Of a DNA stretch of 64,000 nt, positions 39,551 through 53,559 are shown piece by piece. The stretch comes from the human T2T-CHM13v2.0 reference genome, Homo sapiens, in the NCBI RefSeq assembly GCF_009914755.1, contig NC_060932.1, one strand, 5' to 3'. The notes beneath the pieces are model-generated. The model was not told the DNA's origin and made no database searches. It saw only the letters and a program-made list of their open reading frames with translations. Both the position numbers and the translations under genes were made by a program. The stretch's first letter is position 1. Every line of letters starts with the position of its first letter.

Positions 39551-40049
39551 CAAAATATTTATGGGTCTCATTTGGGTTAATAATTTCATTATTTACAGAA
39601 CAAACGTATCCTTTAATTTTGAAACAATTCCAGGAGTAACTGATATTCCCCCTTTAAAGGCCCAGGATGTTGAGACTAAAAAATTAACCTGTCAGGACTA
39701 AATCTCACAGTTACTGAAGAACAGAATCAAGTATCAAATATGAGGCTCTTCTACCACCAAGACCAGAAGATACAGATCCAGTCTTGATGGATGTCCCTCT
39801 GTCAATCGTGCTTAGATATAGTGGAAACAGGAGTAAGCACACAACGGTGTGCTTACATTGACAAAGAAACCAAGGAATTAGGGCATTTAAAAGAGAGGTT
39901 GGTAGCTGTTGTGCACAGCAACCTAGGAGGCAACACTAAAACCTACCATAGATAGTAATGATGGCATGATGATACAGTATAAAGTATATGAGCCTTGACA
40001 TCAAAGAATCTTGAGATCAATTTGTCTTTGCTGTATTTTTCTTTTTGTG

Positions 40050-41430
40050 AAGTATGTTGAAGCAAATGCCACATATCATTTTACCTCCATATACTTCAAC
40101 ATACATATCTCTCAAAATATGTTATCCAGCTATCTATAATGCTACTACTTAAAATTCATAATAAATCTTGATGACATTTAATATAGCCAGGCAATAATCA
40201 GATTTTCCTGGTTGTCTCCTGTTTTTTCAGTTTGCTTATTTGAAGCAGGATCAAAACAGTCTCGAGATTTCATTTGGTTGTTGCGCTTAAGTCTCTCTTA
40301 GCCTAGAGTGATACTCCCTCATTTTCCATACCACTGACTAGTTAAAGAAGCCACATCAGCTGTCCCGTAGAAGGCCCATATTTTGTGGTGTTGCTTCTTT
40401 CTGATGTCACTTAACTTTGGTTCATCTAGCTCAAGGATCAGGAAGCCTTTTCTGTGAAAGGACAAGCTAGTATATTTTAGGCTCTGTGGGCCATACGGTT
40501 TCTGTTGCAACTACTCAACTCTGTCACTGCAGCACAAAAGCAGCTACAGACAATATGTAAATTATTCAGAGTGGCTGTGTTTAAAAAACAAAACAAAACA
40601 ACGTTATTTGAAAACAGTCATTAGGTAGAATTTGACTGAAAGGCCGTGTTTTGCCAAACCCTGCTACAGAAGCTTGATCTTAATTTGACACAGGCTCAAC
40701 ATTTTTGGCTGGAAAACTTCAGAGCTTATGCTGTATGTTTCATACGTATGACAGAAGAAGACATACACTGTCTCCTTACCCTACTTTTCATAAGACTCAG
40801 ATTAAGCAATAGGTCCAGGTAGGGCAGACTGATTCCTCCATTGAGAAGTTCTCACATGACCATATGTCTAATGCTTTCATCCACTGATGATCACAGCCTG
40901 AATAAATCATTTCATTAGGGTTGGCAAAATGATATTCTAATCCTGTCATTACTTCCACATTCATTAACAAAAATTCTGCAAAGAAGTTTCCCTCTTTCTT
41001 CATAATTGCTTGTTATCAGAGTATGGAGTTAGTGCCTATTTGTTTTTACTGTATCCAGTAATTCACTGTTGTTGTAGTGGTGGTGTGTATTTGTGTTCCT
41101 TATTACACATCTATTGTTATAAACCAAGGAGTTTTTATAAATTCAGTACATTTCAACCAACTGCCTTCGTTATATTCTTTCATCATGTTCAAGTTCTCTC
41201 ATCTTTTGGTCACTGGGAGTCCCCTTTTTATTGGCCATTGTGTCCTTTTGGCTGGAACTACTAGTCTTTGGTAGCTTCCTTGCTTTCTGATACAAGAGAA
41301 CATCCCTGGTTTCGCTTGTACTTTCTGCCCTAGAATGGAAATCAGTCATTCATCCAATGACCCTTGGATCCTTTCAGTGAGGAATGGTATTTAGAGACCA
41401 TAATTTAGAGGTTCTAGTTGTGCTCACTGC
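40050..41430 (-). mobile_element. L1MC-type 3' fragments, interrupted by MER58
   Basis: gaaatcagtcattcatccaatgacccttggatcctttcagtgaggaatggtatttagagacca; boundaries approximate. Confidence 0.6.
40432..40662 (+). mobile_element. MER58A-like hAT MITE
   Basis: tattttaggctctgtgggccatacggtttctgttgcaactactcaactctg...tttgccaaaccctg. Confidence 0.78.
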
Positions 41431-42496
41431 TATTGTGCAATTATCACAACATTTTACTGCAGAGGTCTTAAGAGGGTATATAATCTCAAATTCTATGAGC
41501 AGAAGCGTAAAGTAGTATAATCTTTCTGGAAAACAAATCCTGGCTCTAACTGTGTGACTTTAAGAAAATTATTTTAATTCCACTGTGGCTCAGTTTCCTG
41601 TAAAACAGAGTTAAAATAGGGCCCATCTTATATTTTTGATGTAAAGATTAAATGAGTTCATACATATGTAAAGCATTTAGAGCAATGACTACACATGGTA
41701 AGCATTCAATACAAATTAGGTATTATTTTTAATGAGAGCCTGGAAAACACTCCAACCTTTGACCTAGTAATTCTACTTTTATAAACCATAATAAACATTC
41801 AAACAAAGATAAAAGCATGTTAATTACAGCATTATGTGACCAAAACTGCAAACAATTTAATGTTCAAAATTAGGAAATAGTTTATGAAAAAAAGTGATAA
41901 GGAAAAGAAGGCCATGATATGTCAAATAATACCAACAAACCCATCAGCAAAGATCAACATTTCTACTTATCAAGTATGAATGCTCATTTCATTAAACACT
42001 AATCACATTTTATTTTTATGTCTTTATTGAATATTTGATAAAACAGTTTCATTTTTATATATTTACTAAATTAACACGTGGTATTTGTATTTCTCTGACT
42101 GCTTTTGAAGTTAATCTTTGTTCTAATTTTATTAGCCATCCAATTACTGTTTCTATAAATTGTCTTTTGTCCATCTACTGGAGATGGGAGAAAATTAACA
42201 TTTAATGTAGAAAGTATTTGCATAAGTTATTTAATAACCTTATTTCAAACCTTGAGGGTAGGTAGTGTAAAATCCAATAATCTAGCTTCTTGCCATTTAG
42301 AAATCTCAATTAATAGCAAACCAAAAGTAATTCAGAAAGAATTAATGATCTGGCATGTCTGGCTCATCTATCAGCACCACAAGCAGATGAGTTCTAGTAA
42401 TAAATTTTAAAAGGTAAATGTATAAGGAATTAATCAGCTTGCTTTTGAGCTGCATTTTGTTTACGGAGATCTCCAAGTACAACTATAAAAGAACAA

Positions 42497-42645
42497 TATA
42501 GTGTAATGGTTAAGAGCACAGATTTTAGGTTATGCTATCTTGGTTCAAATCCTAGATCTTCCATTTACTAATTACGTGACCTTGGCTAAGATACTTAACC
42601 TTTTTGTTCCTCAGCTTCCTTATTTGTAAAATGGAAATAGTATCG
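42497..42645 (+). mobile_element. MIR 5' part (its 3' part resumes after the templated insert and the LTR, to about 43440)
   Basis: tagtgtaatggttaagagcacaga...ggttcaaatcctag...gtgaccttggctaagatacttaacc. Confidence 0.75.
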
Positions 42646-42978
42646 AAGCTGATGTATGTATATGTATTTATTTACACAGATTCATTTGCTTAACAAATGA
42701 TAACCAAATTAATGTACTTTCCCAAATTTTAATTTACTTAGTTATTAGAACAAATATTTGAGGTACATATTGTCTCCAGTTTACAAATGAAGAAACTAAA
42801 CTTCAGATATGGTAAATAAGTTGCTCAAGGACACAACTAAGACATACAACTAATATCCAAACTTAGGTCTGTCTTACTATATTATATATTTGTTAATAAT
42901 GATATGTCATTATATATCATTATTAACAAATGATAAGCAAATGAATCTGTGTAAATAAATACATATACATACATACAT

Positions 42979-43349
42979 TCGCAGAGTCTGAATATTTGTA
43001 TCCTTCCCCAAATTCATATGGTTGAAATCCTAACTCCTAAGGTTATAGTATTAGGAGGTGGAGTCTTTGTACCTCATGAGGTGATTACGTCATGAGGGCT
43101 CTGTCCTCAAGAATGGGATTAGTGTCCTTATAAAAGGGACCCCAGAGAACTAGCTAGCCTCTTTTGCCATGTGAGGACACAGCAAAAAGACATTGTCTAT
43201 GAATCAGAAAGTGAGCCCTTACCAGACATCAAATCTGCCAGTGCCTCGATGCTGGACTTCCCAGCCGCCAGAACTGTGAGAAATTTCTATTCTTTATAAG
43301 CCACTCAGTCTATGGTATTTTGTTACAGTGCTCCAAATGGACTAAGACA
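42979..43349 (+). mobile_element. MaLR solo LTR (MLT1A/A0-like)
   Basis: ccccaaattcatatggttgaaatcctaactcc...gggattagtgtccttataaaagggaccccagag...ggactaagaca. Confidence 0.82.
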
Positions 43350-43681
43350 CATATATACAAACACATATACATAAACAAAAACACAATGATTAGAATGCTG
43401 CCTGGCTCATAGTAACTACTATGTAACTGTTTGCTATTGTTACAAGAATGAGTGTATACATCAGTCCCTGCTTGCCTCCTGCTACTTCATATAGCATAGC
43501 TTGCTATTCAGATACTATACTATATTGTAACTACTTCAAAATATTTCTACTTTACAATTTTGGTGATCAAGTCATGATTTTTTTTAAAAGTGCTGTAGAT
43601 GATACTCCAGATATGTAAAAGGTAACACAACAGGAAAAGAATATATATCACATACATCACAGAAGTTTCTAACCTCCTACA

Positions 43682-43842
43682 GCAATGCTTCTCAAACCTG
43701 AATATCAAATAAATCACAAGGGATCTGTTAAAATGAAGATTCCAATTTGGTATCTGGCACAGGCCCTGAGATTCAGCATTTCTAACCAGCTACCAGACAG
43801 GACCAATGTAGCTGTTTCTATAAGAGCACTTTGAAAAGCAAG
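43682..43842. mobile_element. MER5-like hAT MITE
   Basis: gcaatgcttctcaaac...gggatctgttaaaatgaagattcc...gccctgagattcagcatttctaacc...cactttga. Confidence 0.68.
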
Positions 43843-44093
43843 GATCTAGAGGTCATAAATGAGCTTTTAGACATTCTAGAATCGCGCATTATGTACAAAA
43901 TTTTCTGTGAATGTGCGCAGGGGCATTACTTTCTGAGGAAAGGACCTACAATTCTTATATTCTCAGGTGTAGGGATGAGAGTAGGGGACAGGGCAGGGAG
44001 GGAGTAATCAGGGGAGATAAGAAAGACACAAATCAGCACCGCATAGCTAACTAAAAAAACAAAACTATCATTATGAAAAAAAAAAGAAAATTA

Positions 44094-44391
44094 GGCTGGG
44101 TGCAGTGGCTCACACCTGTAATTCCAGCACTTTGGGAGGCCGAGGCGGGCAGATCACTTGAGGTCAGGAGTTTGAGGCCAGCCTTGCCAACACGGTGAAA
44201 CCCTATCTCTACCAAAAAAATCCAAAAATTAGCTGGGCATGGTGGCACACGCCTGTAGTCCCAGCTACTAGGGAGGCTGAGGCAGAAGAATCACTTGAAC
44301 CTGGGAAGTCGAGGTTGCAGTGAGCCTAGATCGCACCACTGCACTCCAGCCTGGGTAACAGAGTGAGACTCTGTCAAAGAAAAAAAAAAAA
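44094..44391 (+). mobile_element. Alu (AluS)
   Basis: Full dimer with A tail. Confidence 0.92.
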
Positions 44392-45022
44392 TCATAAATA
44401 GACGTATTACAGACAAATTATAATTTAGAAGACTAAACTGAAGAATCTTTAAATTATAGAATAAAAAGATAAGGATATTAAAACCTAAGAGACAAAAAAA
44501 AGCTAGGTACTTCTATTAAGTGTAATATAATATTCACTTAATAGTTCTAAATGGATGAAACCTTCAGGATAAAATGGATTTAAAACACATATACAAGTGT
44601 AGACATATATATGTGCACACATATCCATAATAAATACATATGTGTGCATATATCCACACAACTAGACATATACACACAATAAGTATTTTAGAATAATATC
44701 GATATGCTCAGATAAAATGGTCCGCCAAATAGCAAATGGTAATAATGACTGTGAAAACTGTAAACTCACAGACACATACTTGTGAAAACTGTAAACTCCA
44801 AATAGAAATAGGAAATTACAAGCTTCTAAGAGGACAACTCTTTGGTATGAGAACCAAAATGTTTAACGTAAAAGTTACAAAAGGATAAAATAACATACAC
44901 AGAATTCTGAAAGAAAATATTGAAGCCTGGAATTCCATATCCAGCCAAACCATTACTCAAACGTGAGGGCAAAATAAAAAAAACAGTTTTAGCTGTGTAC
45001 CCATAAAAATATATACAACCCA

Positions 45023-45508
<486 letters not shown>

Positions 45509-46460
45509 TCATTGGCTTGTTGGCACTGTCATAGTGGGTGTGCTGAAGACCACTGGCCTTGTGGGATTGGCTATATGCAAGAGTCCATAAGAGAGGCTGA
45601 GAATATTGTACACAAAGATTCTTGATGTTCTTGAGCAAATCCCTGAAAATGCAGCACATAGAAAGTATACAGAACAGATTACAAATGAGAAGCTGGCTAT
45701 AGTTAAAGTAGAACCAGATGTTAAAAAATTAGGAGACCAACATTAAGGTGATCAAGTAGAAGAGGTGATTCCTCAGGTTGAAGATTAACTAAGTCTGGTG
45801 AGGAAAATGACGCAGTGAAAACCATGGGAGCCTTAGGGGAAGAGCCTCCTGCCAATCAGTGGAAATGGCCAATACAATTACTAAATGCCTTTGGTGGGTT
45901 GATAGGAAATTGATTTAATATTCTGTTATATTAAGAGTGTGTCCATACTATTGACATTTTATAATCAAGAGAAGTGATATACAAAATATTTAGGAGACTT
46001 TTAAAAATTAGTGATTATGGTAATATGGTCTTGTGAATCAACTTGTGATTTGTAAAGTACTCACACAAATTATTTCAAAGATGTTATTTCTTTGAACAGA
46101 GAGGTTGTGGGAAGATCTGACAATTAGAAAAATTCCTACAGCTCTTTAATGCAGAGGCCATAATCAAAAAGTAGAGTTTCCTTAGTAGTATCTTCAATAC
46201 GTTATTTAATTTTTTATTGTCCCAAAGAAGAAAAGGCCCTTAATTATTATTGTTTAAACAAAGTTATAGATCACTGTTTGATGTAAATAATAAGAGTGAA
46301 TATTTTCAAATATAAAATAGCACAAGCGGCTGGTGATAAAATGTGAAATTATGGGTAACCTCCTTGGCTGTGATCTTATGTATGTAAAGCAAAATGTAAA
46401 TATATAATTATATACTGATTACAAAATCCGTAATAAATGTCATTTTATTTAAAAAAAAAA
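45509..46460 (+). pseudogene. Processed pseudogene of NDUFA5 (complex I subunit B13); possibly the copy named NDUFA5P2, not verified
   Basis: 45531-45877 translates [97 protein letters not shown], then a frameshift, then EEPPANQWKWPI. It is intronless, has ATG>ATA and four in-frame stops. The 3'UTR has AATAAA at 46432-46437 and poly(A) at 46451-46460. TSD aaaaatg(g/a)cagg at 45497-45508 and 46462-46473. Confidence 0.95.
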
Positions 46461-46509
46461 CAAAAATGACAGGACAAAAAAAGTGGTAAGAGAGCAGGAA
46501 AATTAAAGG

Positions 46510-48880
46510 TGTTTACAAATAAAAACAAGGATATCCACTCTTGCCACTTCCATTCAACACCATACCAGAGGTTTTGGCCAGGAGAATTAGGTAAGGAAAA
46601 AAAGCCATTTAGATTGGAAGGTGTATTAGTCTGTTTTCATGCTGCTGATAAAGACACACCTGAGACTGGGAAGAAAAAGAGGTTTAATTGGATTTAGTTC
46701 CACATGGCTGTGGAGACCTCAGAATCATGGCGGGAGGCAAAAGGCACTTCTTACATGGCAGCAGCAAGAAAAAATGAGGACGAACCAAAAGTGGAAACCC
46801 CTCATAAACACATCAGATCTCAGGAGACTTACTCACTATCACGAGAATAGCACGGGAAAGACTGGCCCCCCATGATTTAATGACCTCCCCCGGGTACCTC
46901 CCATAACACGAGGGAATTCTGGGAGATACAATTCAAGTGGAGATTTGGTGGGGATGCAGCCAAACCAAATCAGAAAGGAAGAAGTAAAACCATCCCTATT
47001 TGCATATGATAAAATTTTGTATATGAAAAATCATAAGGTATTCACAGAAACAAAAACTTATTAGAGCTAGTAAGTTCAACAAGTCATAGGATACAAGAAA
47101 AAGTATATTCATATGCACCAACAATGATAATCTGAAAACTAAGAAAACAATTCCACTTACAATAGCATGAAAAGGAATAAAATAGTTTAACAACAAAACA
47201 TTATTGAAAGAGATTAAAATCTACATGAATCAAAAGACATATCCCATGTTTATCAGTCAGAAGGATTAAGATTGGTAAGACAATTCTTGACAAATATGCT
47301 CTACAGATTCCATGCAATCCCTATCAAAATCCTAGCTACCTTCCCCTGTGCCTAGAAATGGATAAACTAATCCTAAAATTCATATGAAAATTCAAGAAAT
47401 CCAGAATAGCAAAAACAATCTTGAAAAATGAAAACAAATTGGAATACTCACACTTTCTGATTTCAAAACTTACTACAAAGCGACACTAATGAAGACAGTG
47501 TGGTACTAGCATAGGGATAGACAATATAGGTCATAAAATACAGATCTGAGAGGTAAACTCTCATTAATTTCAGCCAGTTGATTTTCAACAAGGGTGCCAG
47601 GAGGATTAAATGGGAGAAAGACTGGTTTTTTCAACAAATAATGCTGGAACAAAGGAAACCATGTGCAAAAGAATGAATTTGACCCCTACCTCACATCATA
47701 TGCAAAAAACAGGTCAAAATGGATCAGAAACCTATATATAACAGCAAAATTATAAAACTCTTAGGGGAATTAAAAAACCACACCAGAGTAAACCCCTATG
47801 ACCTTGGGTTAGCAAATGGATTCTTAGATATAATATCAAAGACACAAGTAACAAAAACTAGGTAAACTGGACTGTCTCAAAATTGAAAACACTTGTGCCT
47901 CAAAGAACACCATTAAGAAAGTAAAAGAACAAACTACAAAACAGGATACAATATTTGAAAATCATATATCAGATAACGGGGTTAATAACCACAATTTTTA
48001 AAGAACTCTTACAACTCAACAACAAAGACAGATACTCTAACCAATTAAGAAATGGGCAAAAGATTTGAATAGACATTTCTTCAGAGTATAAACACAAAAG
48101 GCCAATAAACATATGAGAAGAACCTCAACATCAGTACCCATTAGGGAGATGAAAATCAAAACCACCATGACATACAACTTCACACCAATTAAAACAGCTG
48201 TAATGAAAAAGACAGACAATAAAGTGTTGGCAAGGATGTGGAGAGACTGGAACCCTCACATACTGCTAGTGGGAATGTAAAATAGTGCTGCCCTTTGGAA
48301 AAGAGTTTGGAGTTCCTCAAAAAGGTAAACACAGAATTACTATATGAGTCAGTAATTCCACTCCTCTGTATATACCCAAGAGAACTGAAACTATGTGTCC
48401 ACACAAAAACTTTCACACAAATATTCATAGCATTATTCATAATAGTCCCAAAGTGCAAATTACTCAAATGTCTGTCAACTAATGAACAGATACACAAAGT
48501 AGAATATCCATACAATGGAATTTTTGGGAATAAAGTACTGAGCCATGTTACAGTCATGCTATGACATGAATAAGCCATGAAAACATTATGCTAGATGAAA
48601 GAAGCCAGACACAAAAGACCAAATATTGTATGATTTCATTTATATGAATGCCCAGAATAGGCAAATCCATAGTGACAGAAAGTTGATTTGTAGTTTCCAG
48701 GGGCTAGAGAGTAGGAAGAATGGGTAGTGATTGTTAATAGGTACAGAGTTTCCTTTTGGGCCAATGCAAATATTTTGGAATTAGATAGTGGTGACAGTTG
48801 TGTAACTTTGTGAATATGCTAAACACTGAATTGTACACTTTTAAAAGCTGAAGTTCATCATTTAAAATTGTTATTTTTTA
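46510..48880 (+). mobile_element. L1MB-type LINE-1, 3' about 2 kb
   Basis: Decayed ORF2 end (ORF 48295-48564) and 3'UTR gaattagatagtggtgacagttgtgtaactttgtgaatat. Confidence 0.8.
46622..46972 (-). mobile_element. THE1 (THE1C-like) solo LTR inserted in an L1M
   Basis: tgtattagtctgttttcatgctgctgataaagac...gcagccaaaccaaatca; TSD gaagg/gaaag. Confidence 0.85.
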
Positions 48881-50674
48881 AAAAGCATAATACACTACAA
48901 CCAAGTGGTTTATCCTCAGAATGAAAGGCTAGTTATATATTTGAAAAAAGTCAATCAATGTAATCCATTATACTAACAGTCAAAAAAGAAAAATCACATA
49001 ATGACATGAGTAGATACAGAAAAGGGATTTTTCTAAATACAACATAATAATGTTCATAATAAAGATTCATAATAAAACTCTTAGCAAACTAGGAATACAA
49101 AAGAACATCCTCAACTTGGTAAAAAGGCATCTACAAAAACCTTACAGCTAACATACTTAATGGTGGAATCTGAAATACTTTCCGCCCATGATGGAAAACA
49201 GGCAAGCACTCTCACCACTCCTACTCAGTGTACTAAAAGTCTTAGCCAATGCAATAAGGCAAGAAAATAAATAAATTAAAAAAAGGTGTATAGTTGGGAA
49301 ACACAAAAATAATACTGTCCATATTCACAGAAGACATAATTATGCAGAAAATTTGAGAGAAATCTACACAAATACTCCTAGAACTAATAAGTGAGTTTAG
49401 ACACAGGGTCAACACAAAAATCAATCACATTTCATATACATGCAAAAAACAATTAAAAATCAACATTTAAAAGCAATATTATTTCCTATAACTCCCCCCA
49501 AATGAAATATGTATAATCTAACAAAACATACAAAGGATCTGTGTGTTGAGAACTATGAAACACTAATGAAAGAAATCAAAGACCTAAATTAACAGAGCAA
49601 CTCTGCATTCATGGATTAGAAAACTCAACATAGTAAAGGTATCAATTCTTCCTAAAGTAATCTATAAATTTAACATAGTATCAATCAAAATCCCTGCAGG
49701 ACATTTTGTAGATAAAAGCAAGCTGATTCTAAAATGTATATGGAAGAGAAAAGGAATTAGAATAGTTAATTTTTACAAAGAATAAAACTGAAAGGATTGC
49801 ATACGCTACCCAATTTTAAGACTTAGGATAAAGCTACAGTAATTAAGAAAGTGTGTTAATGACAAAATGATAGACACAGAACAATGGAACAGAATATAAT
49901 CCAGAAATAGACTCATGCAAATATAGCCACTTGATCTTTGATAAACGTGCAAAGGCAGCTCAATGGGAAAGAATAATCTTTTCAACAAGTAGTGTTGGAA
50001 CAATTGGTGGTTATCCATATGCAAAAACTGAACCTCTTTTTTAAACCTCATACCTTTTAAAAAGATAAATTATAATGAATTTTAGACCTAAATGTGTAAC
50101 ATAAAACTCTAAAACTTTCAGAAAAAAAGCAGAAGGAAACCTTTCTAATCTGGGATTAGGTAAAGAGCTTTTAGAAATGACACAAAAAACAACTCATTAA
50201 AAAACTGACAAGTTGAACTTCATCAAATTTTAAAACTTTTCCTTTGCCAATGGCACTGTCTAGAGAAAAAAAAGACAAGCTACAGATTCAGAGGGGGGAA
50301 AAATATATAAGAACTCCCAAAACTCAACAGCAAAAAACCACCAACCCAATTAAAAATGAGTAATGAACTCAAGCATTTCACACAAGATGGCAAAGAAGTA
50401 TATGAGAAGATGTTCAATATCATTAGCCATTAAAAAATACAAATGCAAACCAGACGAGCTACCACCATATCCCTTCTAGAATGACAAAAATAAAAATATT
50501 AACAATACCAAGTACTGACAAAGATGCAGAGCAATTGAAACACTCCCACACTGCTAGTCAGAATGCGAACTGATATAGTCACTCTGGAAAACGGTTTGGT
50601 AGTTTCTGAAAAAGTTAAGCATGTATGTGTAACTTAGGACCCAGCAATTCTTCTCCTAAGTATTTATCCTAAAG

Positions 50675-51375
50675 CAGGAGTCCCTAACCCCCAGGCTGCA
50701 GACCAGTAATGGGCCGTGGCCTATTAGGAAGTGGGCAGCACAGCAGCAAGTGAGTGGTGGGTGAGCAAGCACTACCACCTGATAAGGTCTGCCTATGTCC
50801 CCACCCAAAATCTCATCTTGAATTATAATCCCCATAATCTTTATAATCCCCATGTGTTAAGGGAGAGATCAGGTGGAGGTAACTGAATCATGGGGGTGGT
50901 TTCCTCCATGATGTTCTCGTAATTGTGAGTGAGTTCTCATGAGATCTGATGATTTATAATTGTTTGGTAGTTCCTCCTGTGTTCATTCTCCTTCCTGTCA
51001 CCTTGTGAAGAAGGTGCCTTACTTCCCTTTCACCTTCCACCATAAGTTTCCTGAGGCCTCCCCAGCCATGCTGAACTATGAGTCAACCAAATCTCTTTCC
51101 TTTATAAATGACCTGGTCTCAGGCAGTTCTTTACAGCAGTGTGAAAACAGACTAATGCACCACCTGAGGTCCACCTCCTGGTGGCAGACTGCAAACCCTA
51201 TTGTGAACTGCACATGCAAGGGATCTAGGTTGGGAGCTCCTTATGAGAATCTAATGCCTGATGATCTGAGGTGGAACAGTTTCATTCCAACACCATCCTC
51301 CCTTCCCACCAGGTCTGCAGAAAAATTGTCTTCCACAAAACTGGTCCCTGGTGTCAGAAAGGCTGGGGACCACTG
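50675..51375 (+). mobile_element. MER1B hAT-Charlie MITE, split by a THE1 LTR
   Basis: caggagtccctaaccccc ... ggctggggaccactg; 8-bp TSD tcctaaag/acctagag. Confidence 0.85.
50780..51159 (+). mobile_element. THE1D/MSTA-type solo LTR
   Basis: tgata...ctaatgca termini, perfect 5-bp TSD ccacc at 50775-50779 and 51160-51164. Confidence 0.87.
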
Positions 51376-53559
51376 ACCTAGAGAAATAAAAACTTATGTC
51401 CACACAGAAACTTGTACTGGATATTTGTAGAAGTTTTATTTATAATAGCTAAAAACTGAAAACAATGGAAATGTCCTTCAATAGGTGAACTGATAAACTG
51501 TGGTATATCCATAAAATGGCAAGGAATAAAACTAGTGATTGATGCAACAATGTGCATGAATCTCCAAGATATTATGCTGAGTAAAAGCAGTCAGTCTCAA
51601 ATGGTTATGTGTTGGACAATTCCATTTATATGACATTCTTAAAAAGACAAAACTATGGTTAGGAACATCTCAGTGGCTATCACAGATTATGGGTGAGGAC
51701 ATGGTTGTGACTATAAAGGAAGAGCAGGCAAGAGTTTTCTGGGGGTGATGAACTGTTCTACATCCTGATTTTAGTGGCACCTACATGAATGTGTACATGT
51801 GTTAACAGTCACATAACTGCACCAGAAAAAAAGAGAGTCAGTTTTACTGTATAATGTATAAAACAAAATTTAAAAATAAACAACCAGCTAAAAAATCAAC
51901 AAAATAAAGAAATAGTGAAAGAAAATTAATAAAACAGAAAACAAGGAAAGCAGTACAGCATGAAACCAAGAGCTGGTTCTTTGAGAAGAACGTCTAAAAT
52001 AAAGAAACCTTTGATAAGTCTGTTCAAGAAAAGAATGACAGACAAGAGACAGATGGGTATTAGGAATGACTATGGTGATATAATCACGGATGTAGAAAAT
52101 ATTTTAAAAATAATATTATTTATAAATTTAAAGCAAATATGGAAATACAGGTAAAATAATGTTCTAGAACATATAACTTAATATAAATTAGCAAAACTGA
52201 CTCAAGGATGAAGGAATTGAAAATTAGAGTTATTTCCCCAAAGGCATCATGGACATATGCTTTTAGAGTAGAGTTCAAATAAACCTTTAAAAAACATAAT
52301 TTCTATTTATCGTAGCTAGCCCCCTACTTAGATCAGGGAATAAAAGAATTAATAAAATAAAGACCAGAGATAAATCATGTATTCTAATTCTCTCTAACCC
52401 ACCCACACAAAGCAATCAAATCAAACACTCAGATTCTTATTCTTACGTAGTAGAAAAAATAATGTTAAGTTGAATCGTATACAAATGTAATTTATGCAAT
52501 TTCTTAATACTCGATTGTATTTTTCATATGGCTCCTAGCCCCTGTGCAGTGATCCACTCCAGCAGCACCGATAGTAGTAGGTTCTCCTTAATCTCCCATC
52601 CTTTGTACCTGGGCAAATACTTTTACATACAAGTAATCATGTTAGTACACTACTAGGTCATAGTTTAGATAGCACTGGAGCCATATTTTGGTTAACTTTA
52701 TGTCTGCTACTTTTTGAGCAAATTAGTTTGGTCTTAAAGTGTCATCCACACAAACCGGATGTACCCTACTGACAGAATACAGGAGTCCTACCCCCTGACT
52801 TGAGCTCAGTCCTCATTTAGCATCTCCATTTTACCTCCCACACAGCTCCTGCCTTCAGATGTGAGTTCCACTTCTAATGGAACTGATCTATCTCCACTGA
52901 GGTCTCTTACTGGCTTACTTAATCCTATAGCTGATGCGTAAGAAGGGATCTACTTCTTACAGGCTCATCTGTATTATCTTGGTTAGTGAAATAAAGTCTA
53001 AACATACTAGGAATGAAAACATTTCTCCCCTCGGCATTTATTAGTACAAAATTTTTAATTTTTGCTTTCCTGTTACAGTACCTATATAGTTCATAAACAA
53101 TCACTTACTTCTCTTTTTCTAATCTTAAAAGGCAAAATAATAATAACTGGAACACTAGAATCTTTTATACTACTTCTAAACACTGAACTCAACAAAAAAA
53201 AGATCGTAAGTGCATCTAAAAGAATGGATTAACAGATATGAAAATCAAGCAGAAGAAGAGGGAGGTTAGGTTACAGGAAGGAAAAAAAGAGGTAGAGGGC
53301 AGAAGAAAGCTAAGACTGACTATGGACTGATGTCATAAATATAAATGCAAAGTATAAAAATTATCAGTAAATGTATTCTAGCAGATTAAAATATATCATT
53401 AGCAAGGTGGTATGCCCTATGAATGAATGCAAAAATGATTCAACATTAGGAATCACATAAATGTAATTTACTCCATTTATAGATAGATGAATTCATTTAT
53501 TCAACAAGTATTGTCTGGCATTATACTAAATATGTTTTACATATAAATCTGACCCTATG

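Larger units (their letters stand above)
48885..51880 (+). mobile_element. L1ME/MC-type LINE-1, 3' part, hosting MER1B and THE1
   Basis: Decayed ORF2 followed by 3'UTR ...gaactgttctacatcctgatt...gtcagttttactgta. Confidence 0.72.

Noticed and set aside
44750-44798. 18-bp direct repeat tgtgaaaactgtaaactc
   Set aside because: Simple local duplication within a decayed L1 fragment, with no further structure.
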